DNA from: Vicinamibacterales bacterium
GTDB taxonomy: Bacteria; Acidobacteriota; Vicinamibacteria; Vicinamibacterales; UBA2999
Assembly (NCBI GenBank): GCA_035496255.1
Contig: DATJEU010000068.1
Location: 3,256-67,255 of the forward strand
DNA: 64,000 nt
Direction: 5' to 3'
Shown here piece by piece: positions 61,950-64,000 of the stretch. A program made the position numbers and the translations under genes. Positions within the stretch are counted from its first letter, which is position 1. Each line of letters begins with the position of its first letter. Under the pieces are notes generated by a model, which saw only the letters and a program-made list of their open reading frames with translations, ran no database searches and was not told where the DNA came from.

Positions 61950-62675
61950 CTACTTCGCCTGAATGTGAATCCCGCACTCCAGTTTCTGGCCGCCCCAGCG
62001 GCCCGAGCGCGGGTTGTTCGGATCCAGCGGCAGCGACGTGCACGGCTCGCAGCCGATGCTCGTGTAGCCCTCGTCATACAGCGGCAGCAGCCGGATGCCG
62101 TGCGCCTTCGCATAGCGCCACACATCGCGCGTCGTCCACGCGGCCAGCGGCGAGACGCGGCGGATGGTGGTGTTCGGCAGCTTGAACGGCTCGTTCTCCT
62201 GCAGGTTGGCGCGCGACGGCGATTGCTCGCGGCGGAGACCTGCGAACCAGGTGTCGTAGTTCGCGAGCGCCGCGAAGAGTGGACCCACCTTGTGACGCGC
62301 GCAGCACGCCTCGGTTGACGTCTGCCACAACCCGATTTGCGGTTCCGCGGCCTTCAGCACGACCAGGGTCATGCCCCACTCCTTCGCCATCTCGTCGCGG
62401 TAGGCGAGTGTCTGCGGGAAGTGATGAAACGTCTCGAGGAACAGCACCGGCACGTCGGGATTCTGCTCGCGCACGAGATGCGTGAGCACCATGTCCTCGG
62501 CCTGGAAGCTGTTGGTGATGCACGGCAGCGATCCCGCAGCCAGCGCCTCGGCAATGACTCGCGTCGCGTGATCGGCGAGCTCCGCCACGCCCGCAGGGCC
62601 CTGGGCGATCGGCTCCGGGCTTTCGCCTTTGGCAGTTGGGAGTTGGGAGTTGGGAGTTGGCTGTGGGGAACTCAC
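61950..62675 (-). CDS. cysH: Adenylyl-sulfate/phosphoadenylyl-sulfate reductase (thioredoxin-dependent, Fe-S type)
   Basis: NSFQAEDMVLTHLV, CC pair (EACCARHKV), SIGCEPCT, and C-terminal ECGIH. The GTG 62675 start overlaps the cysN stop (GTGA), but the first ~14 codons are heptamer repeat, so the true start may be GTG 62588. Confidence 0.85.
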   Translation of the reverse strand: MSSPQPTPNSQLPTAKGESPEPIAQGPAGVAELADHATRVIAEALAAGSLPCITNSFQAEDMVLTHLVREQNPDVPVLFLETFHHFPQTLAYRDEMAKEWGMTLVVLKAAEPQIGLWQTSTEACCARHKVGPLFAALANYDTWFAGLRREQSPSRANLQENEPFKLPNTTIRRVSPLAAWTTRDVWRYAKAHGIRLLPLYDEGYTSIGCEPCTSLPLDPNNPRSGRWGGQKLECGIHIQAK

Positions 62676-64000
62676 GTGAGCATCTCCTCGAGCGCCTTGC
62701 GGACCGCGTCGATCGCCTCTGCATCAGACGTTGCATGCCGCGCCAGCCGCGCGATGCGTTCGGCGGCCGTCATCGGTGCGGCAACCGGCGCCGTCGCCTC
62801 GCGGATCGGTTCGGTGATCATCCCAGCGCCGCACGTGAACTGCGTGGCGGGATCGATCAGGATGAAGCTGCCGGTGCCGCGGTTGTCAGTATAGCGATCG
62901 AACACCAGCGGTCGCGCCGCCGAGACCTCGACCCTGCCGATCTGATTGAGCATGAGCGGGTGGTTGATTTCAGCCGTCACCGTCCGCGTCCCCTGCTTGA
63001 GCAGGTACACGCGACCCGGATCGAGCGGCCGCTCGTCCATCCACACGACTTCGGCTTCGAACTTCTGGCCGACGAACGCCGGTGCGATCGCTCCTCGACT
63101 GCCGCTCGGGGCGTCCTGGGCGGCCTCCATGAGCGTCAACACATCGCCGCGGCTGGTGTCGATCTCGCGATCCAGCGTCAGCGTGACCGACATCGGCGCG
63201 AACGCCATCGCCAGCTCGCCGTCGAATGTGACGATGCGGGTGACGGATGCGGAATGCCCCGAAGGCCAGCTCGTGACCTTGTCGCCGACGCGAATCACGC
63301 CTGACGAGATCTGCCCGGCGAACCCGCGGAAGTCCTGGTTCGGCCGAATCACCATCTGGACCGGGAAGCGGAACGGCAGCGCCGGCAGGTTGCGGTGGAC
63401 CTGCACCCTTTCCAGATATTCGAGCAGCGGCGGGCCGTCAAAATACGGCGTGCGCTCGCTTCTCGTGGTGACGTTGTCGCCTTCGAGCGCGCTCATCGGG
63501 ATGGCGTGGACCGATGCGCCGGTGAGCGAATCGCTGAAGTCGTCGACGATCTTCTCGTAGACCTCCTGGTCGAAGTTGACCAGGTCCATCTTGTTGATGG
63601 CGAGCGCGAAATCCTTGATCCCGAGCAGCCGCGCGATGCGCGCGTGACGCTTCGACTGCGTGCGCACGCCGTTGCGCGCGTCGATCAGCAGGATGGCGAC
63701 GTCGGCCGTGGACGCTCCGGTCGCCATGTTGCGCGTGTATTGCTCGTGACCGGGTGTGTCGGCGAGGATGAACTTGCGCCGCGAGGTCGCGAAGTACCGA
63801 TACGCGACGTCGATCGTGATGCCCTGCTCGCGCTCGGCTTTCAGGCCATCGGTGAAGAGCGAAAAATCGATCGGGCCGGCGTTGCGGTTCTTCGACGCCT
63901 TCTCGACCGAGACGACCTGATCCTCGTAGACCGACTTGGAGTCGTGGAGCAACCGGCCAATCAGCGTGCTCTTGCCATCGTCAACGCTGCCGGCCGTGCA
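62672..64000 (-). CDS. cysN: Sulfate adenylyltransferase subunit 1 (GTPase), 5' end beyond window
   Basis: Frame is open to the window edge (..CTAGSVDDGKSTLIGRLLHDS = G1 box). DTPGHEQYTRNM (G3), NKMD (G4). No APS-kinase domain at the C-terminus. Confidence 0.9.
   Translation of the reverse strand, partial: CTAGSVDDGKSTLIGRLLHDSKSVYEDQVVSVEKASKNRNAGPIDFSLFTDGLKAEREQGITIDVAYRYFATSRRKFILADTPGHEQYTRNMATGASTADVAILLIDARNGVRTQSKRHARIARLLGIKDFALAINKMDLVNFDQEVYEKIVDDFSDSLTGASVHAIPMSALEGDNVTTRSERTPYFDGPPLLEYLERVQVHRNLPALPFRFPVQMVIRPNQDFRGFAGQISSGVIRVGDKVTSWPSGHSASVTRIVTFDGELAMAFAPMSVTLTLDREIDTSRGDVLTLMEAAQDAPSGSRGAIAPAFVGQKFEAEVVWMDERPLDPGRVYLLKQGTRTVTAEINHPLMLNQIGRVEVSAARPLVFDRYTDNRGTGSFILIDPATQFTCGAGMITEPIREATAPVAAPMTAAERIARLARHATSDAEAIDAVRKALEEMLT

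Noticed and set aside
1-64000. Search for mobile genetic elements, prophage, integrons, tRNA/rRNA genes and known defence systems
   Set aside because: No transposase, integrase, recombinase, phage structural, nuclease/helicase defence-type or cas-like ORFs were recognised in any frame. No cloverleaf-like or rRNA-like segments were seen in the few intergenic regions longer than 100 bp. This is limited by eye inspection without covariance models.

Overview
GC-rich (roughly two-thirds G+C by eye, not computed) chromosomal window. Its gene content looks acidobacterial: an ADOP-type duplicated FtsX permease, two TIGR03436-like VWFA proteins and a DUF1592/DUF1552 pair. I call about 50 protein-coding genes and one probable gene relic. 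I found no rRNA, tRNA, CRISPR, transposase, integrase or phage genes. All family assignments come from motif recall on the supplied translations; no searches were run. Many ORF-track entries are antisense or off-frame shadow ORFs typical of high-GC DNA, and several starts were trimmed to internal ATG/GTG codons with Shine-Dalgarno support or stop/start overlaps.

Recognisable housekeeping genes are guaB, dapC-dapD-dapE, cysN-cysH, a heterodimeric ABC exporter, mgtC, pirin and a 1525-aa CheB-CheR-PAS-HisKA-REC hybrid kinase. A hydroxycinnamate/aromatic-type catabolic block (fadB-like, feruloyl-CoA-synthase-like, amidohydrolase_2) is also present.

Gene sets most worth a second look:
- A tightly coupled DinB - methyltransferase - LmbE - PLP decarboxylase operon (5873-9538).
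- A BON - phosphoribosyltransferase - erythromycin-esterase-like - dienelactone-hydrolase cluster (13388-16737). It carries the same domain set that is fused in M. tuberculosis DosR-regulon proteins.
- A haem-propeller / cytochrome c / DUF6152 trio (16881-19955).
- An 883-aa double GT-B-like protein coupled to an HxD...H oxygenase-like protein (36415-40073).

At the DNA level two repeat systems fill the intergenic space:
- GTAG-headed REP-like hairpins occur singly, as inverted pairs and as 3-unit tandem arrays. One pair sits in-frame inside a CDS, and one unit supplies a stop codon.
- Palindromic elements built from heptanucleotide (7-bp) tandem units occur at nine loci in this window.
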